64,000 bases of DNA, from NCBI GenBank assembly GCA_964602945.1, contig CAZRTE010000001.1, forward strand, positions 7,594-71,593, given 5' to 3'. The notes beneath the pieces were generated by a model. The model was not told where the DNA came from. It ran no database searches and saw nothing but the letters and a program-made list of their open reading frames with translations. Source of the DNA: an uncultured Gaiellales bacterium (GTDB lineage Bacteria > Actinomycetota > Thermoleophilia > Gaiellales > Gaiellaceae). Below are positions 34,234 to 45,335 of this stretch, in pieces (within the stretch, counting starts at the first letter, position 1; every line of letters begins with the position of its first letter). The position numbers and the translations under genes were made by a program.

Positions 34234-36738
34234 CTAGGCGCTCTCGCGGCGCGGCCCGCGGCTGCGGCCGCCACCACCACGGCCACCCCGGCGGTCGCCG
34301 CGCGGCCGCTCCTCCTCCGGAGGCCGCGGCGGAGCGTTCTTCGCCCGCTCGATGAGCTCCTCCGGCTGGACGAGGCCGCCGTTCTCGTGCTTCGCGACGA
34401 GCTTCAGCCCGATCCGCCCGCGCGCCTTGTCGACCTCCTGGACGACGACGTCCACGACGTCGCCGCGTCCCATGACGTCTTCGATGTGCGCGACCCGGCC
34501 GGGTCCGACGTTCGAGACGTGCAGGAGGCCGTCCGTGCCCTTCTTCAGCTCGACGAAGGCGCCGAACTGCGTCGTCTTCACGACCTTGCCGGTGTACGTG
34601 TCGCCGACCTCCGGCTCCTTCGTGAGCGCCTCGATCGCGGCGATCGCCGCGTCGGCCTTCGTCCCCTCGGTGGCGTAGATGAGGATCGTGCCGTCTTCCT
34701 CGATGTCGATCTGCACCTCGTAGTCCGACTCGAGGCCGCGGATCGTCTCGCCGCCCTTGCCGATGACCATGCCGATCTTCTCCGGGTCGATCTTGATCGA
34801 GGTGATTCGCGGTGCGTTCTCCGCGAGCTCCGAGCGCGACTCCGGGATCACCTCGAGCATCTTCCCGAGGATGAACTCGCGTGCCCGCTTCGCCTGCTCG
34901 AGCGCGTCTCGCATGATCTGTTGCGTGACACCGGTGATCTTGATGTCCATCTGGAGCGCGGTGATCCCGTTGCGCGAGCCCGCGACCTTGAAGTCCATGT
35001 CGCCGAGGTGGTCCTCCGCTCCCTGAATGTCCGTGAGGATGACGTAGTCGTCGCCCTCCTTCACGAGCCCCATGGCGATGCCGGAGACCGGTGCGGAGAT
35101 CGGTACACCCGCGTCCATGAGCGAGAGCGTCGAGCCGCAGACGGAACCCATCGACGAGGAGCCGTTCGACTCGAGCGTCTCCGAGACGATCCGGATCGTG
35201 TACGGGAACTCGTCCGGCCCCGGAATGACCGGCTCGAGGGCGCGCTGCGCGAGGGCCCCGTGGCCGATGTCACGCCGCTTCGGGCCGCGCATGAAGCCGG
35301 TCTCCCCGACCGAGTAGGGCGGGAAGTTGTAGTGGTGCAGGTAGCGGCGCTCCTCCTCGAGGGAGAGGTCGTCGATCCGCTGTCCCTCCTTCGCCGTGCC
35401 GAGCGTGAGCGAGGAGAGGATCTGGGTCTGGCCCCGCGTGAACAGGCCGGAGCCGTGGGCGCGCGGATTGACGCCGACCTCGATCGAGATGGGCCGGATC
35501 TCCTCGGCCCCGCGACCGTCCGGGCGGCGCTTCTCGACGGCGATCTTCTGCCGCACGAGATCCTTGTAGACGGAGTCGCACACCTTCTTCACGTACGTCT
35601 TCGTCTGCGAGTCCTTGACCGCCGGCAGCGGCGCACCCGTCTCCGGGTCGTTCCCCGTCGTGCCGGCCGGGAACGGCAGCTCGACGTCCTCGACGATCCG
35701 GTCGAAGAGCAGCTGCCGCTTCGCGGACTTGAGCGCCTTCGAGTCCTGCTCCGCGTCGGTCAGCGCCTTCAGCTCGGTGCCGAACTGCTCCCGCACCGGC
35801 CCCTCGACGGCCGCCGCCCGTTGCTTCTCGAGCAGGAGCCCGAGAGCCGAGCGGACCTGTGTCTGCCGGACCATGTCCTCGTCGGTCGACTCCATCGTGA
35901 TCGCCGGAGCAAGCTCGGCGACGAGGTCGTCGACGAGGGCGCTCGCCTCGCGGATGCCGACCTGCTGGATCCGCTCGTAGATCGCCTGCCCGTGCTCGCG
36001 CTCGAGCTCCTCGACGAGGTCGAGGTCGATCCACTTCGGCTTGCCCGCCTGGCGGCGCAGCTCTTCCTGCGCCTCGCACAGCTTCACGATCTCTGCGTGC
36101 GCGAGCTCGAACGCCTCGAGAATCTGCTCCTCCGGCACCTCGTTCGCGCCGGCCTCGACCATCGTCAGCGCTTCCTTCGTGCCGACGACGATCAGGTCGA
36201 GCTCCGAGGCGTCCTCGCACTCGCGCAGGGTCGGGTTCACCTCGAGCCGCCCGTCGATCAGGCCGATCCGGACTGCCCCGACCGGCCCGAGGAACGGGAG
36301 CGGCGAGAGCATGAGCGCGGCGGACGCGCCGTTGATGCACAGGATGTCGTGAGCCGTGACGAGGTCGGCGCTGAGCACCGTGCAGATCACCTGCACCTCG
36401 TTGCGGAAGCCCTTCGGCCAGAGCGGCCGGATGGGCCGGTCGATCATCCGCGCGGTGAGGATGGCGCGCTCGGTCGGGCGCCCCTCCCGCTTGAAGAAGC
36501 CGCCCGGAATCTTGCCGGCGGCGTACATCCGCTCCTCGACGTCCACGGTGAGCGGGAAGAAGTCCGCCCCCTCCCGCGCCTCGGCGCGGCCCTGGGCGGT
36601 GGCGAGCACCATCGTGTCGCCCGCGCGGACGACGACGGCGCCGTCCGCCTGCTTCGCGAGGTTGCCGGTTTCGAGAGTGATCTCCTGTGTCCCGATCTGG
36701 ACGGAGACCTGCGCCCGGCGCTCGGTCGCGATACTCAT
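34234..36738 (-). CDS. pnp: Polyribonucleotide nucleotidyltransferase (PNPase) with Arg/Gly-rich C-terminal tail
   Basis: ORF 34234..36753 trimmed to the ATG at 36738, which has GGAGGA 7 nt upstream. Two RNase PH domains, KH, S1, then ...RPRGDRRGGRGGGGRSRGPRR. Confidence 0.9.
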   Translation of the reverse strand: MSIATERRAQVSVQIGTQEITLETGNLAKQADGAVVVRAGDTMVLATAQGRAEAREGADFFPLTVDVEERMYAAGKIPGGFFKREGRPTERAILTARMIDRPIRPLWPKGFRNEVQVICTVLSADLVTAHDILCINGASAALMLSPLPFLGPVGAVRIGLIDGRLEVNPTLRECEDASELDLIVVGTKEALTMVEAGANEVPEEQILEAFELAHAEIVKLCEAQEELRRQAGKPKWIDLDLVEELEREHGQAIYERIQQVGIREASALVDDLVAELAPAITMESTDEDMVRQTQVRSALGLLLEKQRAAAVEGPVREQFGTELKALTDAEQDSKALKSAKRQLLFDRIVEDVELPFPAGTTGNDPETGAPLPAVKDSQTKTYVKKVCDSVYKDLVRQKIAVEKRRPDGRGAEEIRPISIEVGVNPRAHGSGLFTRGQTQILSSLTLGTAKEGQRIDDLSLEEERRYLHHYNFPPYSVGETGFMRGPKRRDIGHGALAQRALEPVIPGPDEFPYTIRIVSETLESNGSSSMGSVCGSTLSLMDAGVPISAPVSGIAMGLVKEGDDYVILTDIQGAEDHLGDMDFKVAGSRNGITALQMDIKITGVTQQIMRDALEQAKRAREFILGKMLEVIPESRSELAENAPRITSIKIDPEKIGMVIGKGGETIRGLESDYEVQIDIEEDGTILIYATEGTKADAAIAAIEALTKEPEVGDTYTGKVVKTTQFGAFVELKKGTDGLLHVSNVGPGRVAHIEDVMGRGDVVDVVVQEVDKARGRIGLKLVAKHENGGLVQPEELIERAKNAPPRPPEEERPRGDRRGGRGGGGRSRGPRRESA

Positions 36739-36746
36739 TCGATTGT

Positions 36747-36767
36747 CCTCCACTCTGCTTGTGGAGG
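36747..36767 (-). promoter_or_regulatory. SD-sequestering hairpin in the pnp leader (CCUCCAC-AAGCAGA-GUGGAGG)
   Basis: Read directly on the minus strand. The 3' arm GUGGAGG contains the pnp Shine-Dalgarno sequence. Confidence 0.45.
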
Positions 36768-36841
36768 GCGGGAGCTCGAGCCAGCCCGGCGGCCGGGGCG
36801 CGGTGGGCTCGCTCGAACTTCCACCCTCCGTGTGTTCGGAG

Positions 36842-37111
36842 CTAGCGGCGCAGGCCGAGCTCCTTGATGAGGGCGCGGTAGCCCTCGAGGTCGTGCTTCT
36901 GCAGGTAGTTCAGGAAGCGGCGGCGGCGCCCGACGAGCTTGAGCAGGCCACGCCGCGAGTAGTGGTCGTGCCTGTGCGTGCGCAGATGCTCCGTCAGCTC
37001 GTTGATCCGCTGCGTGAGCATCGCGATCTGGACCTGCGGCGAGCCGGTGTCGGCGGCGCTGCGGCCGTGCTTCGTGATGATCTCCTGCTTCGCTTCCTTG
37101 GTCAGGGCCAA
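36842..37111 (-). CDS. rpsO: 30S ribosomal protein S15
   Basis: ORF 36842..37171 trimmed to the TTG at 37111, preceded by [26 protein letters not shown]...[11 protein letters not shown]...[15 protein letters not shown]. Confidence 0.9.
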   Translation of the reverse strand: MALTKEAKQEIITKHGRSAADTGSPQVQIAMLTQRINELTEHLRTHRHDHYSRRGLLKLVGRRRRFLNYLQKHDLEGYRALIKELGLRR

Positions 37112-37212
37112 CGCCCTCTCCTTCCTTTCGCCTCCCTGGGCTCCGCCTGCGACGCCAAGGAACAGTCGCACGAGCCGGGCCGGGGTCGCGGGCTAGGGTA
37201 GCGGAAAGCGGC

Positions 37213-38367
37213 ATGGCCAGAGCGATTCCGCAGGGAAGGTTGGCACAGATCGTGCGCGCCGCCCACGCCCGGACACGGATTCCGGCGGCGGCGGCAGGCC
37301 TGCTCGTGCGTGGTGAGGTGGAGCTCGCCGCAGCCGGCGCGGCAGGTGTGGATACGCCCTTCCGGATCGCCTCGATCACGAAGTGGTTCACGGCGTCGCT
37401 CGCGGCGCTCCTGCTCGATCTCGACGAGCCGCTCCCGGGTGGTGCGAGCGCCCGCCGCCTGCTCTCCCACACCGCCGAGCTGCGGCCCGAGGCGGCGGAG
37501 CCGCTCCCCGAGCCGTGCCGGGGACTCTGGTCGTACTCGAACGCCGGCTACTGGCTCGCCGGCGAAGCGTGCGGCGCGGCCGCGGGCACCTCGTTCACCG
37601 GGGCGCTCCGAGAGCGCCTGCTCGAACCGCTCGGTCTCGTGGCAACAGGCTTCGACGAGCCGCCGGGAGCGGCACCGGGGCACGTGCAGGCCGGGAGGAC
37701 GGGCCAGCGGTTTGCGGGGTCACCCCACTACCCGGTCTCGCGCCGTCCGTCGGGCGGGCTCTGGTCGACGGTCGGGGATCTCCTGCGCTTCGCCGAGCAC
37801 CAGCTCGGCGGGCCTGGGCCGCTGTCGGAGGCCCGGCTCGCCGCGTTGCGCGAGCCGCAGGCAGAGGCGCTCGGCGGCCGCTACTGCCTCGGCTGTTGGC
37901 AGCGCGACCTCGTCGGGGGTCGGCTCGCCGTCGACCACGAGGGGTCCGTCGGCGGCTACCAGTCCCTGCTCCTTCTCCTGCCGGAGGACGGGACGGCGCT
38001 CACCGTGCTCACGAACAGCTGGCGCGGCAGCGCTCTCATCCGGCACGTGGTCGACGGGCTCGGACTCGTCCCCGCGCCCGCGCAGGGTTCGGAGGGCACG
38101 GCCGGCGGCAGGCCGGAAGCGGGCCGCTACGTTCTCGGTGACGTGGCGGCGGTCGTCGATCGGCGAGGCCGCCGCTGGCGAGTAGCCGCAGCGGAGACCG
38201 ACCCGCTCACCGGGAGTCGGATCGAGCGCCCACCCTACGCCCTCGACGCTGTCAGCGACGGCGTCTACGGCTTTGCGGGCGGACTCCTCATGACGCACCG
38301 GGCAGACTTTCCGCGCCCGGGCGTCGCCCGGATCGGCTGGGTCGCCCTCCCCCGCGCCGGCTCCTGA
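37213..38367 (+). CDS. Serine hydrolase, beta-lactamase/PBP4-like (class C family) protein
   Basis: ORF 37213..38367: FRIASITKWFTA (SxxK) and YSNAGY (YxN). Confidence 0.75.
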   Translation: MARAIPQGRLAQIVRAAHARTRIPAAAAGLLVRGEVELAAAGAAGVDTPFRIASITKWFTASLAALLLDLDEPLPGGASARRLLSHTAELRPEAAEPLPEPCRGLWSYSNAGYWLAGEACGAAAGTSFTGALRERLLEPLGLVATGFDEPPGAAPGHVQAGRTGQRFAGSPHYPVSRRPSGGLWSTVGDLLRFAEHQLGGPGPLSEARLAALREPQAEALGGRYCLGCWQRDLVGGRLAVDHEGSVGGYQSLLLLLPEDGTALTVLTNSWRGSALIRHVVDGLGLVPAPAQGSEGTAGGRPEAGRYVLGDVAAVVDRRGRRWRVAAAETDPLTGSRIERPPYALDAVSDGVYGFAGGLLMTHRADFPRPGVARIGWVALPRAGS

Positions 38368-38377
38368 TCGCTCCTCC

Positions 38378-39244
38378 TCAGTCCGGCCGGGCGGCACCGC
38401 GCGTCCGCTCGACGTCCGCGGCGATGGCCGTGACGAGTTCCTCGAGGGAGTCGAAGCGCCGCTGCTCGCGGAGGAGCCTCCACACCTCCACGACGAGCCG
38501 CTGCCCGTACAGGTCGCCGTCGAAGTCGAGGAGATGCGCCTCGACGCGGCGCTCGTGGCCGTCGAAGTGCGGGTTGCTGCCGATCGAGATCGCCGCCCGC
38601 CGCCCGCGTGTCCAGCCCGCATAGACGCCGTCCGGCGGTACGAGCAGGGCCGGTGGGACGTCGAGGTTCGCGGTCGGGAAGCCGAGCGCGTGCCCGCGGC
38701 CGTCGCCGCGCACGACGGTGCCCTCGACCTCCGGCGGCCGCCCGAGCAGCGCTGCGGCGTGCTCCGTGTCCCCGGCGTGCACGAGTTGCCGGACGCGACT
38801 CGAGGAGACGTTCTCGAGCAGTGGCACCGGCCGGACGTCGAATCCCAGCCGGCGCAGGAGCTCGAGGTCGCCGCCACGGCCGTGGCCGAAGTGGAAGGTC
38901 TCCCCCGCAGCGACGACCTCCGCCCCGATCCCTCGCAGCATCCGCTCCGCGAACTCCGCCGCCGGGAGCGCCGCAAGGTTCTCGTCGAACGGGAGCACGA
39001 GCACGTCCTCCACGCCGGCCGCTGCGAAGAGCTCGAGCCGCCTCTCGAGCGTCGCGAGCAGCTCGACTCCCCCTCCGAGGACGATTCGCGGGTGGGGATC
39101 GAAGGTCACGACCGTCGTGCGGAGCCCGGCCGTCCGTGCCGCCTGCACGACATGCACATGGCCGCGGTGGACGCCGTCGAACGTGCCGACGGCCACGGCG
39201 CGACGTGCGGCCGGCAGCCCGGCGGGGTCGTGGGCGACGTTCAT
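38378..39244 (-). CDS. ribF: Bifunctional riboflavin kinase / FMN adenylyltransferase
   Basis: ORF 38378..39382 trimmed to the ATG at 39244, which overlaps the truB stop (ATGA). VGTFDGVHRGH, GFPTAN. Confidence 0.85.
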   Translation of the reverse strand: MNVAHDPAGLPAARRAVAVGTFDGVHRGHVHVVQAARTAGLRTTVVTFDPHPRIVLGGGVELLATLERRLELFAAAGVEDVLVLPFDENLAALPAAEFAERMLRGIGAEVVAAGETFHFGHGRGGDLELLRRLGFDVRPVPLLENVSSSRVRQLVHAGDTEHAAALLGRPPEVEGTVVRGDGRGHALGFPTANLDVPPALLVPPDGVYAGWTRGRRAAISIGSNPHFDGHERRVEAHLLDFDGDLYGQRLVVEVWRLLREQRRFDSLEELVTAIAADVERTRGAARPD

Positions 39245-39936
39245 CCTGGCTTGCCGCCCGTCACGCCGATGCGCTCCAGTACCTCGGCCTCGGGCAGGAG
39301 CCGTTCCGCGACGAACGCTTCCGGGGCGACGGCGTCCTCCACCCTGAACGGCCCGACCTCCGTGCGTCGCAGCGTGACGCAATGTCCGCCGAGCGCGTCC
39401 GCAAGCGAGCGCACATACGTCCCCGAACTCACGTGCAGGTCGAGCTTCACCCGCTCACCCGTATACGCGATGACGTCGAGCGCGTGCACCGTCGAGCGCC
39501 GCAGCGGCATCTCCACCTCGACTCCCCGCCGCGCGAGCCTGTACGCACGCTCGCCGCCGATCTTCACCGCGGACGCCGCGGGGATCGGCAGCTCGATCTC
39601 CCCCCGGAGGCGCTCGAGCCGCTCGGCCAGCTCGTCCTCCGCCGGCGGATCCTGTCGGCCGACGACCTCGCCTTCCGGGTCTCCGGTCGAGGTCCGGGAG
39701 GTGAGGTCGATCTCGGTGGCGTAACGCTTGTCCAGGCCGACGAGCCATGGCGCCAGCTTAGTTGCCCTACCGGACAACAGCAGGAGCAGCCCGCTCGCGA
39801 ATGGGTCGAGCGTGCCGGCATGCCCGGTCCGCGCTCCGGTCGAGCGGCGAATCTGGGCGACAACGGCGAAGGACGAAGGGCCGCTCGGCTTGTCGACGAG
39901 CGCGACGCCCGCCGGCTCAAGAGCGCGAGGCGGCAC
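39241..39936 (-). CDS. truB: tRNA pseudouridine(55) synthase
   Basis: ORF 39241..39936: VDKPSGPSSF, GHAGTLDPFASGLL. Confidence 0.85.
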   Translation of the reverse strand: MPPRALEPAGVALVDKPSGPSSFAVVAQIRRSTGARTGHAGTLDPFASGLLLLLSGRATKLAPWLVGLDKRYATEIDLTSRTSTGDPEGEVVGRQDPPAEDELAERLERLRGEIELPIPAASAVKIGGERAYRLARRGVEVEMPLRRSTVHALDVIAYTGERVKLDLHVSSGTYVRSLADALGGHCVTLRRTEVGPFRVEDAVAPEAFVAERLLPEAEVLERIGVTGGKPG

Positions 39937-40915
39937 GCTGTTCGAGGAAGCCTTGCCGGATGACCTCGACGATCTCCTCGAGCGGCGCGTCGCTCTCGAA
40001 GCCGGCTGCTTGCCGGTGGCCGCCGCCGCCGAACCGGCGAGCGATCACCGAGACGTCGAGCTCGTCGATCGAGGAGCGGAGCGATCCCTTGTGCCCCTGG
40101 GCGCCTCTGCTGAGCTGCTCCCGGATCAGCACCGCCAGCTCGGCACCCTCGACGGCGCGCAGGTAGTCGATGAGCCCCTCCGAGTAGGGCTCGGATGCGC
40201 CGACCTCGGTGAAGTCGGTGCGCACGAGATGCGACACGACGATCCGTCCGCCCTCCAGCACCTCGGCCCGGGAGAGGGCGCGGGCGAGGAGCTTGAGCTT
40301 GGCGAACTCGACGGACTCGTACACCTGCTGGAAGACGGCGTGGATGTCTGCGCCGGCGTCGACGAGCTCGGCAGCCAGGCGCAGCGCCTTCGGCGTCGTA
40401 TTCGCGTACTGGAAGCGGCCAGTGTCGGTGACGAGCGCGATGTAGAGGGGCTCCGCGAGGTCGGGGGTGAGCTCGAGGCCGAGCTCAGCGATCACGTCGC
40501 GTAGCACCTCGCCGGTCGAGGAGGCATCGGCGACGATGAGGTTGACGTCTCCGAAACGGGTGTTGTCGTGGTGGTGGTCGACGTCCAGTACGAGGGGCGC
40601 GCGGGTGAGCGCCTCCGCGTCGCCGATCCGTTCCTTCTTCGCGCAGTCCACGGCGAGCAGAACCCGGTCGCCGCTGTCATCCGGTAGGTCACGGAGGAGC
40701 TCGCCGAGCGGCATGAAGGCGTATTCGTGTGGCAGCGGCGTGTCGCCGGCGAGGTACATCAGCGCGTCCTTGCCGAGCTGTCGGAGCGCGAGCGTCGCCG
40801 CGAGGAGCGAACCGAGAGCGTCCCCGTCCGGGTTCTCGTGGGTGACCACGAGGAAGCGGTCGTGCTCCCGTAGCGCGGCCGCGATCGCCTTCAGATCATC
40901 CTTCATCGGTGTCAT
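39917..40915 (-). CDS. nrnA: DHH/DHHA1 phosphoesterase (NrnA-like nanoRNase/pAp phosphatase)
   Basis: ORF 39917..40915: VVTHENPDGDALGS, DVDHHHDN, GGGHRQAAG. Confidence 0.8.
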   Translation of the reverse strand: MTPMKDDLKAIAAALREHDRFLVVTHENPDGDALGSLLAATLALRQLGKDALMYLAGDTPLPHEYAFMPLGELLRDLPDDSGDRVLLAVDCAKKERIGDAEALTRAPLVLDVDHHHDNTRFGDVNLIVADASSTGEVLRDVIAELGLELTPDLAEPLYIALVTDTGRFQYANTTPKALRLAAELVDAGADIHAVFQQVYESVEFAKLKLLARALSRAEVLEGGRIVVSHLVRTDFTEVGASEPYSEGLIDYLRAVEGAELAVLIREQLSRGAQGHKGSLRSSIDELDVSVIARRFGGGGHRQAAGFESDAPLEEIVEVIRQGFLEQRAASRS

Positions 40916-41255
40916 CGTCGTCCGGCGCGAGCTCGTCGATCAGGCGGGTCATGCGCACACCGCGCTCGGGCGAGGGATCGTACTCGAACCTAAGCTGCGG
41001 AGTCCGCTTGAGCCTGACCTCACGGCCCAGCCGCGCCTGAAGATAGCCGTGGGCGGTCTCGAGCGCGAGCAGGCTCGCCCGCCGCTTCCGGCTCGAGCCC
41101 AGGACGCTCACGTAGACGGTTGCGTAGCGGAGGTCCGGAGTCGTGTCGACGGCAGTCACGGTGACGAGGCCGATCCGTGGATCCTTCAGCTCGGGTAACG
41201 CCTCGGCGAGCACTTGCCGCACCAGCTCGTTGACGCGGCGCATGCGCTCGGTCAT
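40896..41255 (-). CDS. rbfA: Ribosome-binding factor A
   Basis: ORF 40896..41318 trimmed to the ATG at 41255: RMRRVNELVRQVLAE...LVTVTAVDTTPDLRYATVYVS. Confidence 0.85.
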   Translation of the reverse strand: MTERMRRVNELVRQVLAEALPELKDPRIGLVTVTAVDTTPDLRYATVYVSVLGSSRKRRASLLALETAHGYLQARLGREVRLKRTPQLRFEYDPSPERGVRMTRLIDELAPDDDDTDEG

Positions 41256-41509
41256 GCCTGTATTCAAGCGCGCCCGGCCCGAGACTGCTTCCCTGCAGCA
41301 AGCTCCCTCCGGTCCCACCGAAGGCGCGCACGTACCGGCGCCTCCCGGCGCGCACCCCCGCCCTGGGTGGGGAGCCGGTTCCCGCCGCCCTCGGCCTGGA
41401 CGCTACCGGTGCAAGCGTCACCGAACCGTGCCGGCTTTGCCACAACAGGGTCGCAATGTGCGTCCCACCGGCGTCTCGGGGCCGGCATCGCCCCGGAGCC
41501 CGGGCAGCC

Positions 41510-42805
<1,296 letters not shown>

Positions 42806-42815
42806 CGGCGCGAGC

Positions 42816-43115
42816 CTAGTCCTCGGGATCGGCGACCAGGCGCTCTGCAAGCGCGACCTCCCACTCCTGGCCGCGCAGCCACCGCTCGGCCTCGTCGAGC
42901 AGGCGTTCGGCCTCGCGATGCTCCCGCGCGACGCACGCGACGGTGAGCCGTGTCCGCTGCCAGACGTCGTGATGGTCGACCTCCGCCACCGAGGCGCCCA
43001 CGCGCTTCTGCAGCTGCGCCTTCGCCGAGCGCACGTGCCGCCGCTTCTCCTTGAGCGAGTGCGCCTCGGGAAAGTGGAGCTCGCACGTCAGGATTCCCAC
43101 CCAGCCGCTCGGCAC
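42816..43115 (-). CDS. DUF503 (YlxP-like) protein
   Basis: ORF 42816..43115: ...LHFPEAHSLKEKR... Typical position just downstream of infB. Confidence 0.75.
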   Translation of the reverse strand: MPSGWVGILTCELHFPEAHSLKEKRRHVRSAKAQLQKRVGASVAEVDHHDVWQRTRLTVACVAREHREAERLLDEAERWLRGQEWEVALAERLVADPED

Positions 43116-43130
43116 GCTCGGCCGGCGCGC

Positions 43131-45092
43131 CTAGGAGGCGGGCGCCTCGGCGAGCGACGTCCGCTCGACCTCGCGCGTCTCGAACACTTCCAGCACGTCG
43201 CCTTCCTTGACGTCGTTGAAGCCCTCGAGAAGGATGCCGCACTCGAAGCCTTCGGCCACCTCGCGCACGTCGTCCTTGAAGCGCTTGAGCTGGGCGAGCG
43301 ACGTCGTGTGGACGACCGCCCCGTCGCGGATCACCCGCACGCTCGCACCCCGCCGTACGACCCCGTCGGTGACCATGCAGCCGGCGATCGTGCCGAGCCG
43401 CGAGACGCGGAAGAGCGCCCGCACCTCGGCCTCGCCGATCGTCTCCTCGGTCGTGACCGCCGCGAGCTTGCCGACGAGTGCCTGCTCGATCTCCTCGGTG
43501 AGCTTGTAGATGACGTCGTAGGTGCGGATCTCGACGCCTTCGCGCACGGCGAGCTCGCGCGTCTCCGCGTTCGGCCGCACGTTGAAGCCGACGATGAGCG
43601 CGTCGGACGCCGAGGCGAGCATCACGTCGTTCTGCGTGATCGCGCCCACACCCTGGGCGATCACGTTCAGCCGCACCTCCGGGTGCTCGAACTTCGACAG
43701 CTCCGACACGACGGCCTCGACCGAGCCGGCGACGTCGCCGCGCACGACGAGGTTCAGGTCGGAGACCTCGCCTGCCTGGAGCTGCTCGAACAGGGTCTCG
43801 AGCGTCGGCCCGGGCGGCCGCGCGGAGGCGAGTTGCTCTCGCCGGAGGCGCTCGGCGCGCCGGTTCGCGAGATCACGTGCCTCGCGATCGTTCCCGACGA
43901 CCCGCGCGAGCTCGCCGGCGGCAGGTGGCTTGTCGAAGCCGAGGATCTCGACCGGATCTCCCGGCTCCGCGCTCTCCCGCCGCTCGCCCTTGTGGTCGAA
44001 CAGCGCCTTCACGCGGCCGTGGGAGTCCCCGGCGACGAGCGCGTCGCCGACCTTGAGCGTGCCGCGATGGATGAGCATCGTCGCGACGGGGCCGCGGCCG
44101 ACGTCGAGGCGCGACTCGATGATGGGGCCGGAAGCCGGGGCATCGGGGTTCGCCTTGAGACCTTCGAGCTCGAGGTCGGCGACGAGGAGCACCTTCTCGA
44201 GCAGATCGTCGAGGTTCTGCTTGTTCTTCGCCGAGACGTCGGCGAACTGCGTCGAGCCTCCCCACTCCTCCGGCTGGAGGTCCTCCTGGGCGAGCTCCCC
44301 CTTGACGCGGTCGGGATTCGCGTCCGCGAGGTCGATCTTGTTCACCGCGACGACGATCGGCACCTCCGCCGCACGAGCGTGCGCGATGGACTCCTTCGTC
44401 TGCGGCATCACCCCGTCGTCCGCCGCGACCACCAGCACCGCGATGTCCGTCACCTTCGCGCCACGGGCCCGCATGGCGGTGAAGGCTTCGTGGCCCGGCG
44501 TGTCGAGGAAGGTGATCTTGCGCCCGTCGACGTCGACCTGGTACGCGCCGATGTGCTGGGTGATCCCGCCGGCCTCCGTCTCGACGACCCGGGCCTGGCG
44601 GATCGCGTCGAGCAGCGTCGTCTTGCCGTGGTCGACGTGGCCCATGATCGTCACGACCGGCGGGCGCGGCTGGAGCGACTCCTCCGGGTCGTCGTACGTC
44701 TCCGGCTCCTCCTCCTCGTCCGCGGCGTGCTTGATCGTCACCTCGCGCCCGACCTCGGACGCGATCAGCTCGACCTCCTCGTCGCTGAGGGACTGGGTGG
44801 CCGTCCGCATCTGCCCGAGGCCCATCAGGATCTTGATGATGTGCGGCATCGGGACGCCGAGCGCCTGCGAGAGGTCGCGGACGCTCACGCCCGACTCGAC
44901 CGAGACGGGACCCGTCGGCTGCGCCGGCGGCTGCTGCCGCTGTTCCTTCCGCGGGGCGTCCTGGCGTGCCTGCCGCTGCTCGCGCGTCGGCCGCGCAGCG
45001 CCCTGGTCGATCACGACGCGGCGGCGGCCTCTGCCGGCGCCCCCGCCGCGAGGCCGCAACGGCCGGTTCGGCCTATTTCCCGAGTTCGCCAT
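43131..45092 (-). CDS. infB: Translation initiation factor IF-2
   Basis: ORF 43131..45221 trimmed to the ATG at 45092 (MANSGNRPN...). G-domain motifs [24 protein letters not shown]. Confidence 0.9.
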   Translation of the reverse strand: MANSGNRPNRPLRPRGGGAGRGRRRVVIDQGAARPTREQRQARQDAPRKEQRQQPPAQPTGPVSVESGVSVRDLSQALGVPMPHIIKILMGLGQMRTATQSLSDEEVELIASEVGREVTIKHAADEEEEPETYDDPEESLQPRPPVVTIMGHVDHGKTTLLDAIRQARVVETEAGGITQHIGAYQVDVDGRKITFLDTPGHEAFTAMRARGAKVTDIAVLVVAADDGVMPQTKESIAHARAAEVPIVVAVNKIDLADANPDRVKGELAQEDLQPEEWGGSTQFADVSAKNKQNLDDLLEKVLLVADLELEGLKANPDAPASGPIIESRLDVGRGPVATMLIHRGTLKVGDALVAGDSHGRVKALFDHKGERRESAEPGDPVEILGFDKPPAAGELARVVGNDREARDLANRRAERLRREQLASARPPGPTLETLFEQLQAGEVSDLNLVVRGDVAGSVEAVVSELSKFEHPEVRLNVIAQGVGAITQNDVMLASASDALIVGFNVRPNAETRELAVREGVEIRTYDVIYKLTEEIEQALVGKLAAVTTEETIGEAEVRALFRVSRLGTIAGCMVTDGVVRRGASVRVIRDGAVVHTTSLAQLKRFKDDVREVAEGFECGILLEGFNDVKEGDVLEVFETREVERTSLAEAPAS

Positions 45093-45324
45093 CTGCCCCC
45101 TCAGTGTAAAGGCGCCGGAGCGCAGGATCGACCCGCACGGACCGGCGCAGAACTCGCGCGAACCTGCCGCTCGCCGCCGCGCGCTCGAAGCATGCCAGGC
45201 TGCGGCACGTGTAGGCGCCACGGCCCGGCTCCGACCTCCCGTACACGAGCTCGCCCTCGCGCATCACGAAGCGCAGCAGCTGCCGCTGCGGAGCCTGCCG
45301 GCCGCAGCCGGCGCACGTCCGCAC
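45073..45324 (-). CDS. ylxR: YlxR/DUF448 family RNA-binding protein
   Basis: C-terminal 83 aa of artefactual ORF 45073..45606, starting at the GTG at 45324: [19 protein letters not shown]...GRGAYTC. Lies between nusA and infB. Confidence 0.7.
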   Translation of the reverse strand: MRTCAGCGRQAPQRQLLRFVMREGELVYGRSEPGRGAYTCRSLACFERAAASGRFARVLRRSVRVDPALRRLYTEGADGELGK

Positions 45325-45335
45325 CGGCTCCGCCG

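Noticed and set aside
41256-41509. 254-nt non-coding gap between deoA and rbfA as an sRNA or leader
   Set aside because: I found only a weak GC hairpin after the deoA stop and no clear promoter, terminator or conserved structure. The presence of deoA inside the infB-rbfA cluster is noted but seems an ordinary gene-order variation.
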